Shown here in pieces: positions 37,578-46,812 of a stretch of 54,899 nucleotides of DNA. Positions within the stretch are counted from its first letter, which is position 1. Every line of letters starts with the position of its first letter. The notes under the pieces are model-generated. The model did not search any database, was not told the origin of the DNA, and worked only from the letters and a program-made list of their open reading frames with translations. Source of the stretch: a virus (taxonomy: Duplodnaviria; Caudoviricetes); the IMG/VR virus record IMGVR_UViG_3300021963_000160, positions 1 to 54,899 of that record, one strand, 5' to 3'. The translations under genes were made by a program, and so were the position numbers.

Positions 37578-37600
37578 CCCTACAATTAAACGATAAAAAA

Positions 37601-37945
37601 ATGAAAATAACAGTAACAGACACAATCAAAAGGGAAATTGAAATAACGTTTCCATGTTTTTACAAGGTTGCCGAAACTTATTCAAAGCCAAGCTATTATG
37701 CTTTTTTTAATGAAAGGTTAGGTTTATTCCTTAGTGATGGATTTACATATCAAGCAACTCCTTCATCCTGCGATTTTAAAAAGGTTATTCCATGCGAAAA
37801 ATCAGAGGTTGCAGAAGTGTTTATTGCAAACCAAAGACTGTTTAATAATACGTTTAATCAGGTTACTATTGACCTTAATAGTAACACACCCACCGAAGAA
37901 CTTGAAAACCTAAACACTATTTTATTTGGACACGATGAAGGCTAA
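37601..37945 (+). CDS. Hypothetical protein
   Basis: 114 aa downstream of the promoter. Confidence 0.6.
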   Translation: MKITVTDTIKREIEITFPCFYKVAETYSKPSYYAFFNERLGLFLSDGFTYQATPSSCDFKKVIPCEKSEVAEVFIANQRLFNNTFNQVTIDLNSNTPTEELENLNTILFGHDEG

Positions 37946-38141
37946 AATAATAGATTACATTTTTAAATACTTCATAAAATGGAACGGGTAATTAACAACT
38001 GGATTAAATCAATCCAACGCAAACGAGCCCGGGAAAGACAGAACAATTTTTTTAGAGAAATAGTAAAACCAATAAAACTTTGAAACAATCAACATCAATA
38101 ATAATCTTATTTTTAATAGTAACAATTTTAATAATAATATA

Positions 38142-38933
38142 ATGGCAAGAACAAATCCAAATCAATCAGAGCTTCCAAAAAATCCTGCAACAATGTTTGC
38201 ACAATGGAAAGACCCAGGACTATTCCTTTATTGGGATAAAGAACAAGAAAAGAACATTGAGTTACCATCTAACTTTACGTTTATTGTATTAGATGAACTT
38301 TCAACTATCAAAGGTTGGAATGACCCAACAAGTTCAGGTATCTACGCTAATGAAATCAGAAACATTAAATCTGAAACATTAACGGTTAAATCATTTAAAG
38401 GTGGTTTGATAGCAGAAGGCACCTATGGTAACATTCACGATACTATTGTAGCGTCAGGAGGTAAATATTGTGCTTCTGTTTACATTGCCTACAAAGATTC
38501 AGAAGGCTTCAAAATAGGTAACATTCAATTTACAGGTTCATCTTTAGGCGGGTGGTTTGAGTTTCGTAAAGAAAGCAAAAACGATCTATATTCAAAAGCA
38601 GTACAGTTAACCGGTAAAACTGAAGCTAAAAAAGGGGCAACAAAATATTATGTTCCAGTCTTTAAGTTGATTGATGTAAGTCAAGAAACGGATGATATTG
38701 CAGGCAAATTACAAGAGGAATTAAAGGCCTACCACAAGGAGTATTTCAGCAAAACAATTCCCGTTGAATTAGAAAAAGAATTAGATAATGCTAAGTCAGA
38801 AGTAGAACAACAAAAGGAAATAATGGACAAGCACTTTACGCAGCATATTCCTGACGATGGCTATGTAACTAAAAAAGATGATGGACATTTAGTAAGTGCA
38901 ACAACTCCCGAAAACGATAACGTTCCTTTTTAA
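38142..38933 (+). CDS. Putative ssDNA-binding protein
   Basis: 263 aa, beta-rich core, acidic tail ending ENDNVPF. Confidence 0.55.
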   Translation: MARTNPNQSELPKNPATMFAQWKDPGLFLYWDKEQEKNIELPSNFTFIVLDELSTIKGWNDPTSSGIYANEIRNIKSETLTVKSFKGGLIAEGTYGNIHDTIVASGGKYCASVYIAYKDSEGFKIGNIQFTGSSLGGWFEFRKESKNDLYSKAVQLTGKTEAKKGATKYYVPVFKLIDVSQETDDIAGKLQEELKAYHKEYFSKTIPVELEKELDNAKSEVEQQKEIMDKHFTQHIPDDGYVTKKDDGHLVSATTPENDNVPF

Positions 38934-39017
38934 TTATGAGCCTAACAAAAGAATTTTATTTTAATCAAATTAACCAATTAGAAGAATTGGAATTACCAAT
39001 TGAATATTTAAACAATT

Positions 39018-40244
39018 ATGATAAAGAAAGTCCAAATAAAAGAATTTAAAGCCATCAAAGATTTTGATGAAAGTTTTGAGAATAATATTATCCTTTTAAA
39101 AGGAGACAACGGAGTAGGTAAGTCAAGCGTAATTCAATTTATTGAAATTGCGCTTGGCAAACAAAAGAACATACCACCAAATGCCACAGGTGAAGGTGAG
39201 GTAATAGCAGACTTTAGAGGCAACCAATACTTATTCCAGGTATCTTTTAAGGATGGCAAACCAATTGTAACCATTACAGCACCTGACGGAATGAAGGATA
39301 ATAAGAAATCAACACTTGCAGGGATAGTGGGGGCCATTGATTTTGATATTGACAAATTCGTAGAACAATCTAAATCGTTATCAGGAAGGAAAGAGCAGAT
39401 AGAGACCTATAAGAAGTTTTTAGACAAAGAAATAGTTGAACAGATTGAACGTTACGAATCAAATGTAGCTATTAATTATGAGCAAAGAACTATCGCTAAT
39501 CGTGAGTTAAAGGCTATTGATGGTGCTATTGCATTACACCCAATGAAGGGAGAAAATCTTAACATTGAACCTATAGATGTGAGCGATGTATTCCAGAAAC
39601 AAAAAGAAGCCAACGATCATAATTCAAAGATAGAAGTTGCTGAATCTACCCTATTGCAACTAAAGCAAGAAAACGAAAGGTACGATTCAGAAATTGCTCG
39701 TCTTATGGATTTGGCAAAAGTAAATAAAGACCGTATAGATAAAGGCGAAGCATTCTTAAACTCAAATACAAAAATTGATGTTACTGAGTTTGAAACTAAA
39801 CTACAAAATGCAAATGAAATTAATGCTCAGGTATCACAGGCAAAAGAACTTAAAGCTAAATTAGCTGAAAAAGAAAAGCTAACTAACGACATAGGTGAAA
39901 TGACCGCTTTAATTGATTCGACACGCCAGGTAATACAAGATGCTATTCGTGATATGGATAGCCCAATAGAAGGGCTTGGATTTGATTCAGAGCAACTACT
40001 ATACAAAGGTGTTCCTGTAAATCCTGATTCGCTTTCTAAATCTGAAATAATGGAATTAGGTATTAAGTTAAAAATAGCTGAAAATCCTGATGCCGGTGTA
40101 TTATTTATTCAAGAAGGTGAAAGTATTGGTGCGAAGCGTTTAGAAGAAATTAAAGAAATTGCAGCTAAAAATAACTTTCAAATTATAATGGAACAGGTGG
40201 AAAGAGGTAATGAAAAACTCACTGTTGAATTAGTTTCAAAATAA
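39018..40244 (+). CDS. SMC/SbcC-like coiled-coil ATPase
   Basis: IKEFKAI, Walker A GDNGVGKSS, long coiled coil, LSKSE signature-like motif, LFIQEGESI Walker B-like motif. Confidence 0.8.
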   Translation: MIKKVQIKEFKAIKDFDESFENNIILLKGDNGVGKSSVIQFIEIALGKQKNIPPNATGEGEVIADFRGNQYLFQVSFKDGKPIVTITAPDGMKDNKKSTLAGIVGAIDFDIDKFVEQSKSLSGRKEQIETYKKFLDKEIVEQIERYESNVAINYEQRTIANRELKAIDGAIALHPMKGENLNIEPIDVSDVFQKQKEANDHNSKIEVAESTLLQLKQENERYDSEIARLMDLAKVNKDRIDKGEAFLNSNTKIDVTEFETKLQNANEINAQVSQAKELKAKLAEKEKLTNDIGEMTALIDSTRQVIQDAIRDMDSPIEGLGFDSEQLLYKGVPVNPDSLSKSEIMELGIKLKIAENPDAGVLFIQEGESIGAKRLEEIKEIAAKNNFQIIMEQVERGNEKLTVELVSK

Positions 40245-40253
40245 TAATATAAT

Positions 40254-40289
40254 AAAAAGGGGGTTTACAGTTTCGCAACTAAAATCCCC
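40254..40289 (-). terminator. Terminator between convergent modules
   Basis: Minus strand GGGGATTTTAGTTGCGAAACTGTAAACCCCC-TTTTT. Confidence 0.6.
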
Positions 40290-40321
40290 GAACAATCAAA
40301 CTATAAAAAATATTATTTATT

Positions 40322-40600
40322 TTAACAATTCCACTTTTTTAATGAAAGTGCCTTTCTAGTTGGTTTCCCTTTTTCATCTTTCATAGGTCCAGGCATCCCC
40401 GACATTCTAGCACAAAAACTCTTTCTTCTTTTAGCATCTTTGCTATCAGGGTCAAGTTTTGATGGTTTGGTTGTAACCGCCATCTGAAGTTTACTGCCGG
40501 GGTTTTCTTTCCTATAAGAGGCAATACCTTTGGCGTTTAGACCGCCACTCGCTGACTTTCCTTCTTTTCTAGTCCAAGCTGCTGTTTTATTATTTGCCAT
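40322..40600 (-). CDS. Small basic phage protein (DUF6321-like)
   Basis: AWTRKEGK...GGLNAKG..SY...NPGSKL...RRKSFCARM...KW.C. Confidence 0.7.
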   Translation of the reverse strand: MANNKTAAWTRKEGKSASGGLNAKGIASYRKENPGSKLQMAVTTKPSKLDPDSKDAKRRKSFCARMSGMPGPMKDEKGKPTRKALSLKKWNC

Positions 40601-40602
40601 TA

Positions 40603-40839
40603 TTATCTATATTTTTTAGTTTTTTGTTTTATTGATTTTGGTTGAGGTACAAATTGTTTACCTTTAGCATTACCTTCTGCTTTTGCTTTATTAGTTGCAG
40701 CTTTCTCTGAGGCACTTAAAGCGTTCCATGCTGCGGAAGGCAAATACCTTTTTTTACCTTCAGACGGTTTACCATCTGAGGTCTTCCACTTCTCATTACC
40801 CCATTTTTTGAGAGACTGTTGTGATTTAGCTAGTGCCAT
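40603..40839 (-). CDS. Small basic protein (DUF5872-like C-half)
   Basis: QQSLKKWGNEKWKT...RYLP.AAW.ALS..EKAATNKAK. Confidence 0.65.
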   Translation of the reverse strand: MALAKSQQSLKKWGNEKWKTSDGKPSEGKKRYLPSAAWNALSASEKAATNKAKAEGNAKGKQFVPQPKSIKQKTKKYR

Positions 40840-41009
40840 TACTTTTTATTTATTTTGTTCTGAACAGTTTTAGACAAATCTTTTAAGTGGAATAACTTTA
40901 CACTTGTTTTGCCGTGTATTTTTCCAGAAAACAATGAGCCATCTGGCATCTTATGGTTGCCACCTGTATGCGGTGTGCCGTCTTTCTTATAGTGACTTAC
41001 ACCTTTCAT
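40839..41009 (-). CDS. Small basic His-rich protein (56 aa)
   Basis: Manual translation MKGVSHYKKDGTPHTGGNHKMPDGSLFSGKIHGKTSVKLFHLKDLSKTVQNKINKK*. Confidence 0.65.
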   Translation of the reverse strand: MKGVSHYKKDGTPHTGGNHKMPDGSLFSGKIHGKTSVKLFHLKDLSKTVQNKINKK

Positions 41010-41188
41010 CTGTATCCTCCTCCTTCTTTTTTATATTGAACAGCAAGTAGTTGTGCTTTTCTAGCCGACCACTCCCCCGGATCGCCACCTTTAGTACCAG
41101 CTTTAATTTTATTAAATAAAGATTTTCTCATAGTAGGTTTAGTATAATTACCTGCCTGATTTACTTTGCTTTTTGTTTGCTTTATCAT
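41006..41188 (-). CDS. Small basic protein (DUF5872-like N-half)
   Basis: NYTKPTMRK.LF.KIKAG.KGGDPGEWSARKAQLLA..YK..GGGY. Confidence 0.65.
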   Translation of the reverse strand: MIKQTKSKVNQAGNYTKPTMRKSLFNKIKAGTKGGDPGEWSARKAQLLAVQYKKEGGGYR

Positions 41189-41197
41189 TACTTTTTT

Positions 41198-41839
41198 TTA
41201 TTTTGTTGGTATTGGTGTTCCTACAGGATATGGTGCACCTTCTTTAGCCGCAGTAATTGAAGTCATGCCTGATTTTACAGGAATGGCTTTATGAAGAGGT
41301 ACTGCTGCTTCATTTAATGGACCATACACTTTAGCAAGAATAATACCTGTTTCAGTTGTATCAAATATAACTCCAGGCATTGCAAACATATTACTTTCAC
41401 TTGTACTTGGTTGGTTAGTATTTACAGTAAATGATCTATTGTTAGGTGGCATTAATTGCCAAGACTTTGATGCAGGATTAAATTGTGGAACTACTGTGTT
41501 TGTATCATAATACCAATATAAAGACCAAACAGTATTACCCGTTCCATCAGGTGTTTGAAAGTTATTAACAACGTTAAAATCTCCCCATGTTCCACCTGAA
41601 CCATACATAGCTAAATTAGAGATTGAAGGACCTTCTAATACAGGACAAATAGCACAACCTTCATCATAGGTTACACCTTGAATAACAATCTTTTTACCTG
41701 TTGGCACCGCACCAGAAGCACCACAAAAAGCAAATTTACCTTTGTGGATTCTTAGTACATTGGCTTCAGAAATTGTTGATTCATTGTTACAGCTAATTAG
41801 TAAACTAATTGCAAAGATTAAGAATATTGATTTTTTCAT
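41198..41839 (-). CDS. Putative lipoprotein
   Basis: MKKSIFLIFAISLLIS-C lipobox; 213 aa. Confidence 0.65.
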   Translation of the reverse strand: MKKSIFLIFAISLLISCNNESTISEANVLRIHKGKFAFCGASGAVPTGKKIVIQGVTYDEGCAICPVLEGPSISNLAMYGSGGTWGDFNVVNNFQTPDGTGNTVWSLYWYYDTNTVVPQFNPASKSWQLMPPNNRSFTVNTNQPSTSESNMFAMPGVIFDTTETGIILAKVYGPLNEAAVPLHKAIPVKSGMTSITAAKEGAPYPVGTPIPTK

Positions 41840-41841
41840 AG

Positions 41842-42114
41842 TTATTTTTTTTTAATATTAGAAGGATAAGGATTTTCCTTATGCCATTTTTTAACAGAAG
41901 ACACACCTTGTTTAATAGTTTTAGCACCTGCTTTTTTAGTAAGATTTATGGTATCCCATTTACCTTTATCAGTAGTAGGATGATTAACCATAATATTTCC
42001 AGGTTCGCCTTTGCCTTGCTTAGTAGTCTTTTTATAGACTATATGCTTTTCTCCATCTGAAGTTATCGTAACTTTTGCTTTGTTACTTTGTTTCATTTCT
42101 ATTTTCATAATCAA
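41842..42114 (-). CDS. Small basic protein
   Basis: 90 aa, Lys-rich. Confidence 0.6.
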   Translation of the reverse strand: MIMKIEMKQSNKAKVTITSDGEKHIVYKKTTKQGKGEPGNIMVNHPTTDKGKWDTINLTKKAGAKTIKQGVSSVKKWHKENPYPSNIKKK

Positions 42115-42325
42115 TATTTTTACTATTCTTTAATTTGTTAATTTCTCGTTCTAAATACCACTTCGCTTTTTCTAAATCTTCAACTATTTTATCCGATTTT
42201 TTTCCTGCCCTTGAAACGTACTTAATTACATTACCTAAGTTATAGCCAAAGCCTTTATCTTCTATATAGTCAATGACCTCTATTTTTCCATCTCTATAAT
42301 GTGCCGGGTTGATTTGGTCTATCAT
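42083..42325 (-). CDS. DUF3310 (T7 gp1.7/SaV-like) protein
   Basis: DQINPAHY...IEVIDYI.....YNLGNVIKYVSRAGKK...EDLEKAKWYLEREI. Confidence 0.85.
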   Translation of the reverse strand: MIDQINPAHYRDGKIEVIDYIEDKGFGYNLGNVIKYVSRAGKKSDKIVEDLEKAKWYLEREINKLKNSKNIDYENRNETK

Positions 42326-42330
42326 ATAAT

Positions 42331-42363
42331 AAAAAACCCGACTACATCTCTGCAACGGGTTTT
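42331..42363 (-). terminator. Intrinsic terminator after the lysis genes
   Basis: Minus strand AAAACCCGTTGCAGAGATGTAGTCGGG-TTTTTT. Confidence 0.6.
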
Positions 42364-42397
42364 GACAATTAAACTTTTAAACTTAAGCATTTCAAAA

Positions 42398-42955
42398 TTA
42401 CTTTATTAAAACAAAACTAACAAGTATCGCAGAAACTATACCTGCAAACAATCTATTCCTTTTATTCTTTGCATTAACTTTATCGTATTCATTTAAAATC
42501 TCTATTTTTTGTTTTAACAATAAATCAGCATATCCTTTGTTTAAAATTACTTGGTTTTTTAAGTTCCCGACTTGGGAATTGCAAGTTATTAAACTTCTTG
42601 ACTGCACTGATATTAATGTATCTTGACTTAAAATTACAGCATTCGCCTGTTCTACCACTTCAGAACATTCATCTGTTGTAACAACTGAATCACTCCAAAC
42701 TTGAACTATTTTAGTCTTATAAATCGTTTTAGCCGTTTTAACGTGTTTATTTAAGTATTCTATACTATCGTACAACTTTAGGATTTGGTTGTTGTATTCG
42801 GCTTCTATATGGTCGTAGATAGCATTTGAGTCCGCCACTTCATTTATAACAATCGTTCTATCTTTGTATTCAGGATTACAACCAAATTTAAAGACTATTA
42901 AAAACAATCCAACCGCTAAAAAGACATTAAGGTAATAACTAAATTTTTCTTTCAT
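42398..42955 (-). CDS. Spanin-like coiled-coil membrane protein
   Basis: N- and C-terminal hydrophobic segments flanking a coiled coil; directly after the endolysin. Confidence 0.5.
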   Translation of the reverse strand: MKEKFSYYLNVFLAVGLFLIVFKFGCNPEYKDRTIVINEVADSNAIYDHIEAEYNNQILKLYDSIEYLNKHVKTAKTIYKTKIVQVWSDSVVTTDECSEVVEQANAVILSQDTLISVQSRSLITCNSQVGNLKNQVILNKGYADLLLKQKIEILNEYDKVNAKNKRNRLFAGIVSAILVSFVLIK

Positions 42956-42957
42956 AA

Positions 42958-43422
42958 TTAATCCTTACACTCCATGTGCATCCAATCGTAATTCTTCTCT
43001 ACTCCTAAAGAAATAAAACCTCTAGCGTAAAATATATCAATCATTTTTTGATATTCAGGTCGGGCAAATCTTGCCGTTTTGCTTGTTTCTTTTAATTGGT
43101 TTCTTTCAGGGTCTAAGTCTATTGCTATTCCCCAACTATGTCGGCTGTAATCAGAACCTCCACGCATTGCACGGAAATTAAAACAACCGCCAAATAAATC
43201 TATTCCCAGTTCTACTATTTTTTCATATCCATAATGGTTTAGCAAATCTTGGAATACTAATTGGAAACGGTCTGCTGCCAATTTATGACATCGCATTGTA
43301 GTAACCTTTGTATTTTTATCCCACGCTAATCGCATAGCATATGGCAACTTAATAGAAACTAAATAAGTTCCTTGTTGATTAGGTTTGCCGTACTTTTTTA
43401 TGGCTTGTTCTGTTGTTATCAT
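42958..43422 (-). CDS. Endolysin, M15-family Zn peptidase
   Basis: GCFNFRAMRGG..YSRHSWGIAIDLD...DWMHME (SxHxxGxAxD...H). Confidence 0.9.
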   Translation of the reverse strand: MITTEQAIKKYGKPNQQGTYLVSIKLPYAMRLAWDKNTKVTTMRCHKLAADRFQLVFQDLLNHYGYEKIVELGIDLFGGCFNFRAMRGGSDYSRHSWGIAIDLDPERNQLKETSKTARFARPEYQKMIDIFYARGFISLGVEKNYDWMHMECKD

Positions 43423-43459
43423 ATTGCGTGGTCAGGGAACCAATCGTTATCTTCATCCA

Positions 43460-43723
43460 TTACTTTGTAACTCCAAACATTTTTGACAAGGTAAAAACAA
43501 ACATATCTACACCCTTTAAGTAAACCCCTATTTGAACTTTTAAGGTATCTTCAATACTTGGGTCACTTGCTATTACAAATGTTGCTACACCCGTGATGGC
43601 AAAAACTATTCTAAATGTCCATTTCGCCCAATCGGGGGTTTCTGCTACTATTGCCTTTTTAGTGAAAGGTCTCATTGTTTTATTGTTCGTTTTTAGTGGC
43701 TTTTTCAACATGGTTTTTATCAA
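43460..43723 (-). CDS. Holin-like membrane protein
   Basis: Two hydrophobic segments; upstream of the endolysin; true start may be ~43675. Confidence 0.5.
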   Translation of the reverse strand: MIKTMLKKPLKTNNKTMRPFTKKAIVAETPDWAKWTFRIVFAITGVATFVIASDPSIEDTLKVQIGVYLKGVDMFVFTLSKMFGVTK

Positions 43724-44033
43724 TTTTATTTAATATCCAAGATATTGATGAACCCAATGGATAAAGTGTTCCTTTAGCTTTGTTAATACCTAGTGCATAA
43801 CTAATTGTTTCATCGGGGTTTCCGCATCTGTGGCCATTTGGTTTTATCATAAAATCATTCAATAAAAACTGACAAACCGTATTACCTGTTTGGTCAATAC
43901 TTAAAGCACATTGCCAAAAATAATAACTTAACCCTTTGTGGAAGATTGAACGAATTAATCCGTACACTAAAGATATTGGCATTAAAATAAACGCCATTAA
44001 ACTTGCTACAATCATTAATATTAAATTTATCAT
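43680..44033 (-). CDS. Phage membrane protein
   Basis: N-terminal TM; IDQTGN...LLN...GNPDETIS.ALG...LNKIDKNH. Confidence 0.65.
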   Translation of the reverse strand: MINLILMIVASLMAFILMPISLVYGLIRSIFHKGLSYYFWQCALSIDQTGNTVCQFLLNDFMIKPNGHRCGNPDETISYALGINKAKGTLYPLGSSISWILNKIDKNHVEKATKNEQ

Positions 44034-44197
44034 CTGTTACTATTATTTTTTTTAAACCAAGTTATAATTGCCAAAACTGAAACAAGCGTTCCAGCTATAA
44101 AACATAAAAATTGAACTATGGGCATTAATGTAGAAGTTAATCCAGCTATGAATAGCAACCAAGAACTAAATACTGATTGATTAAGATTTTGGTGCAT
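44030..44197 (-). CDS. Small two-TM holin candidate (55 aa)
   Basis: Manual translation MHQNLNQSVFSSWLLFIAGLTSTLMPIVQFLCFIAGTLVSVLAIITWFKKNNSNR*. Confidence 0.55.
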   Translation of the reverse strand: MHQNLNQSVFSSWLLFIAGLTSTLMPIVQFLCFIAGTLVSVLAIITWFKKNNSNR

Positions 44198-44333
44198 CTG
44201 TCGATTCTAAGGCTTGTTTAATGCTTTGTAAGGCGTTAAGGATAGCTGATACATCAGCAAGATTATAACATCCCTTAGTTGTTGCTAAATTAAGTGCTTG
44301 TTCGATAGTTTGTAATGAGTTTTCTGTGTCCAT
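44181..44333 (-). CDS. Small helical protein (possible fibre chaperone, 50 aa)
   Basis: Manual translation MDTENSLQTIEQALNLATTKGCYNLADVSAILNALQSIKQALESTDAPKS*. Confidence 0.55.
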   Translation of the reverse strand: MDTENSLQTIEQALNLATTKGCYNLADVSAILNALQSIKQALESTDAPKS

Positions 44334-44335
44334 AA

Positions 44336-44674
44336 TTAAAATGGTAAAGGTGTGTTTACAGGTGATTTTGGTGGGTTTATTTGACTTTCTATATTTCCAT
44401 CAATTGATATATATATATTTTGAATACCATAAGTCCCAAGTATTTCTTGTACCCATCCAATAACAATTTCGTTTGTTAATTCATTATATGGAATATAATC
44501 GGGTTGGTCATAAATTACCGTTAATTCTTGTGTAAAATATAAAGAGCAATGATACTGATTATCAGTATCATTTATGCCAAGTACATCGTAATTTACTATT
44601 ACAACATAGTCTGTTTCGTTTCCTACCGTTTGGGTTAATAACGATGTGGTTGTCCAAGTGTATGTGTTACTCAT
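44336..44674 (-). CDS. Tail-fibre-associated protein
   Basis: YTWT...YIPYNELT.EIVIGWVQ..LG...INPP...PLPF; follows the fibre gene. Confidence 0.6.
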   Translation of the reverse strand: MSNTYTWTTTSLLTQTVGNETDYVVIVNYDVLGINDTDNQYHCSLYFTQELTVIYDQPDYIPYNELTNEIVIGWVQEILGTYGIQNIYISIDGNIESQINPPKSPVNTPLPF

Positions 44675-46671
44675 TATGCTAATAATATTTTTTGTGCTAC
44701 TCCATTAATTATTACATTCCAATATTGTGTTGATGAATTTACTGCTGGGGTTACTGCTCCAGCTACCGTTCCAACACTTCCTACAACAAATTGATTATTT
44801 GAAGTTGCAGTTGCATCCTTTCCAAGCAGTACATTACCACTTAAATTTGTCGCAGTCGTTCCAGAACCTAATGCTGAGTTATTTGTTCCACTTGCATTGG
44901 CAAGTAGACTCTGATAACCTATTGCTGTGTTATTAGATGCTGATGTTGTAGAAGATAACGCTTGATTTCCTACGGCTACGTTATAATTTCCTGAATTACA
45001 TGCATTTAGCGAATTACTCCCTATTGCTACATTATATTCACCCGTATTACAAGCGTTCAAACTATAATAGCCAACAGATGTATTATAACTCCCAGTAAGT
45101 GCACTTAATTGACTTGCTGCACCAAGTGACGTATTAAAAGCACCGCTGGTTAAGGCTCTTAAAGATGCATCTCCAAAAGCACAATTATTGCTTGATGTAA
45201 CATCTCTTAATGAATTTCTCCCAACCGCACAATTTTGGTCTCCACTTGAACCATTAAGCATTGACTGCCAACCTATCGCTACATTATTAACACCATAAGC
45301 ATTTGTATAATATGCCTGATGCCCTATTGCAGTATTATAGCTATTTTGACAATTATATGCAGCACCCGAACCTACTGCCGTACAACTATTATTTCCACCC
45401 CAATAAAGTGCATTTGAGCCAATAGCGGTATTATTGCTTCCAGCCATACCATTGTATTTAGCAAAATATCCAACAGAAGTATTATCTGTACCACTTGTTA
45501 ATGAGCGTTGTGAATTAGAGCCTATTGCAGTATTATATGATGCAGTAGCGGCAGTCAATGCATAAGAACCAACGGCAGTATTATTATTACCAGTAATTTG
45601 AGCTTTTAATGCCAGGTATCCGATTGCCGTACTGTTGTTGCCAGTAGTATTAGCAATTAATGAGTCAGTACCAAAAATGGTATTTGTTACTACACTCGCA
45701 AGACCACGCCCCACAAGTACAGAGTTGATGGTCATATCAGAGGTTGTGGTCTTTCTACCAGCAAAACTTTGTGCTGCCGTTGTAACCACTCCACCAAAAG
45801 ATGCATCTGCTGGTTGTAGATTTAAGGTAGAACCTACAATAGTCATTCCATTGGCATTTGGAACTGCACCTATGGTTGTTATTGCAGATAGTCCTCCTAT
45901 AACTAAATCCCCACTCCCTAAAAGTGAATTTGAATTTATAGTCTTTATATTAGTAGCAGACACTAAGGTTGCTTGTACCGCTAAATCTCCACTACCTAAC
46001 AATGTAGTAGAATTTACCGTTTTAATATTAGTAGCAGACACTAAGGTTGCTTGTACCGCTAAATCTCCACTACCTAACAATGTAGTAGAATTTACCGTTT
46101 TAATATTAGTAGCAGAAATCAATGTATCTTGCTTACTCGCTGCCAATCCTGAATATTGCGAATTTGTTGCATTATCCCCAGTATTTGTTCCCGATAAATT
46201 GGCTACCGAACTATTAAATAACATTGCGTTGGTAATTGCACTATTTGCTATTGATGTAGCATTTCCTATACTAGTAACTACTCCAGTTAAATTTGCATTA
46301 GTTGTAACTGTTGCAGCATTTCCTGTTATATTTGTTTGGTCTCCAGTATTTGTTCCACTTGTATTCCCTATAACTACTAATTGGGCATCAGTAACATATC
46401 GTTTATTGGTAGTGTCGGCTATATCTGATGTTGTGGCATCTGCCCCAGCAGTTATTAATCCTTTGACATCATAAGTAATCTTAGTCTTGGTTGCACCGAC
46501 AATAGCTGCATTCTCATCAACCTTCAAATCTATGCCTAAGCCTATTATTAACTCAGCAGCACTTATTTTCTTTGTTTCATTTGCCGAGACATCAACTATT
46601 GGCAGGACATCTAGGCTGTCTACATTTACCCCTAATAATGGGGTTAGGTCAGTTATTTTTTGATTTGGCAT
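44674..46671 (-). CDS. Tail fibre/receptor-binding protein
   Basis: 665 aa; GTNTGD repeats, 26-aa tandem repeats, many 14-aa N[TV]A[IV]G beta-roll repeats. Confidence 0.8.
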   Translation of the reverse strand: MPNQKITDLTPLLGVNVDSLDVLPIVDVSANETKKISAAELIIGLGIDLKVDENAAIVGATKTKITYDVKGLITAGADATTSDIADTTNKRYVTDAQLVVIGNTSGTNTGDQTNITGNAATVTTNANLTGVVTSIGNATSIANSAITNAMLFNSSVANLSGTNTGDNATNSQYSGLAASKQDTLISATNIKTVNSTTLLGSGDLAVQATLVSATNIKTVNSTTLLGSGDLAVQATLVSATNIKTINSNSLLGSGDLVIGGLSAITTIGAVPNANGMTIVGSTLNLQPADASFGGVVTTAAQSFAGRKTTTSDMTINSVLVGRGLASVVTNTIFGTDSLIANTTGNNSTAIGYLALKAQITGNNNTAVGSYALTAATASYNTAIGSNSQRSLTSGTDNTSVGYFAKYNGMAGSNNTAIGSNALYWGGNNSCTAVGSGAAYNCQNSYNTAIGHQAYYTNAYGVNNVAIGWQSMLNGSSGDQNCAVGRNSLRDVTSSNNCAFGDASLRALTSGAFNTSLGAASQLSALTGSYNTSVGYYSLNACNTGEYNVAIGSNSLNACNSGNYNVAVGNQALSSTTSASNNTAIGYQSLLANASGTNNSALGSGTTATNLSGNVLLGKDATATSNNQFVVGSVGTVAGAVTPAVNSSTQYWNVIINGVAQKILLA
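45947..46116. repeat. Exact 78-bp tandem repeat (2.2 copies, plus a diverged adjacent copy)
   Basis: ATATTAGTAGCAGA recurs at 45947, 46025 and 46103; encodes SATNIKTVNSTTLLGSGDLAVQATLV. Confidence 0.9.
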
Positions 46672-46811
46672 TATAGTTCTATTTTAAAATTATTTTGTTG
46701 CAACATAAACCCTCCATTTTGGACAAGTAAATAATTTATCCCGGGAGGATTCCCCCCTGAATTATCCGCTATTCCTACAGCAATACCTATTGCTAGTATA
46801 GTACTATTCAT
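46671..46811 (-). CDS. Small tail-associated protein (46 aa)
   Basis: Manual translation MNSTILAIGIAVGIADNSGGNPPGINYLLVQNGGFMLQQNNFKIEL*. Confidence 0.5.
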   Translation of the reverse strand: MNSTILAIGIAVGIADNSGGNPPGINYLLVQNGGFMLQQNNFKIEL

Positions 46812-46812
46812 A

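Noticed and set aside
45635-46474. 279-aa plus-strand ORF and similar antisense ORFs (10384..11085, 48273..48692, 52499..52990, 53801..54265)
   Set aside because: Shadow frames opposite well-supported genes
44674-46671. Diversity-generating retroelement acting on the tail fibre
   Set aside because: No reverse transcriptase and no template/variable repeat pair differing at adenines was seen; the repeats are in-frame tandem protein repeats
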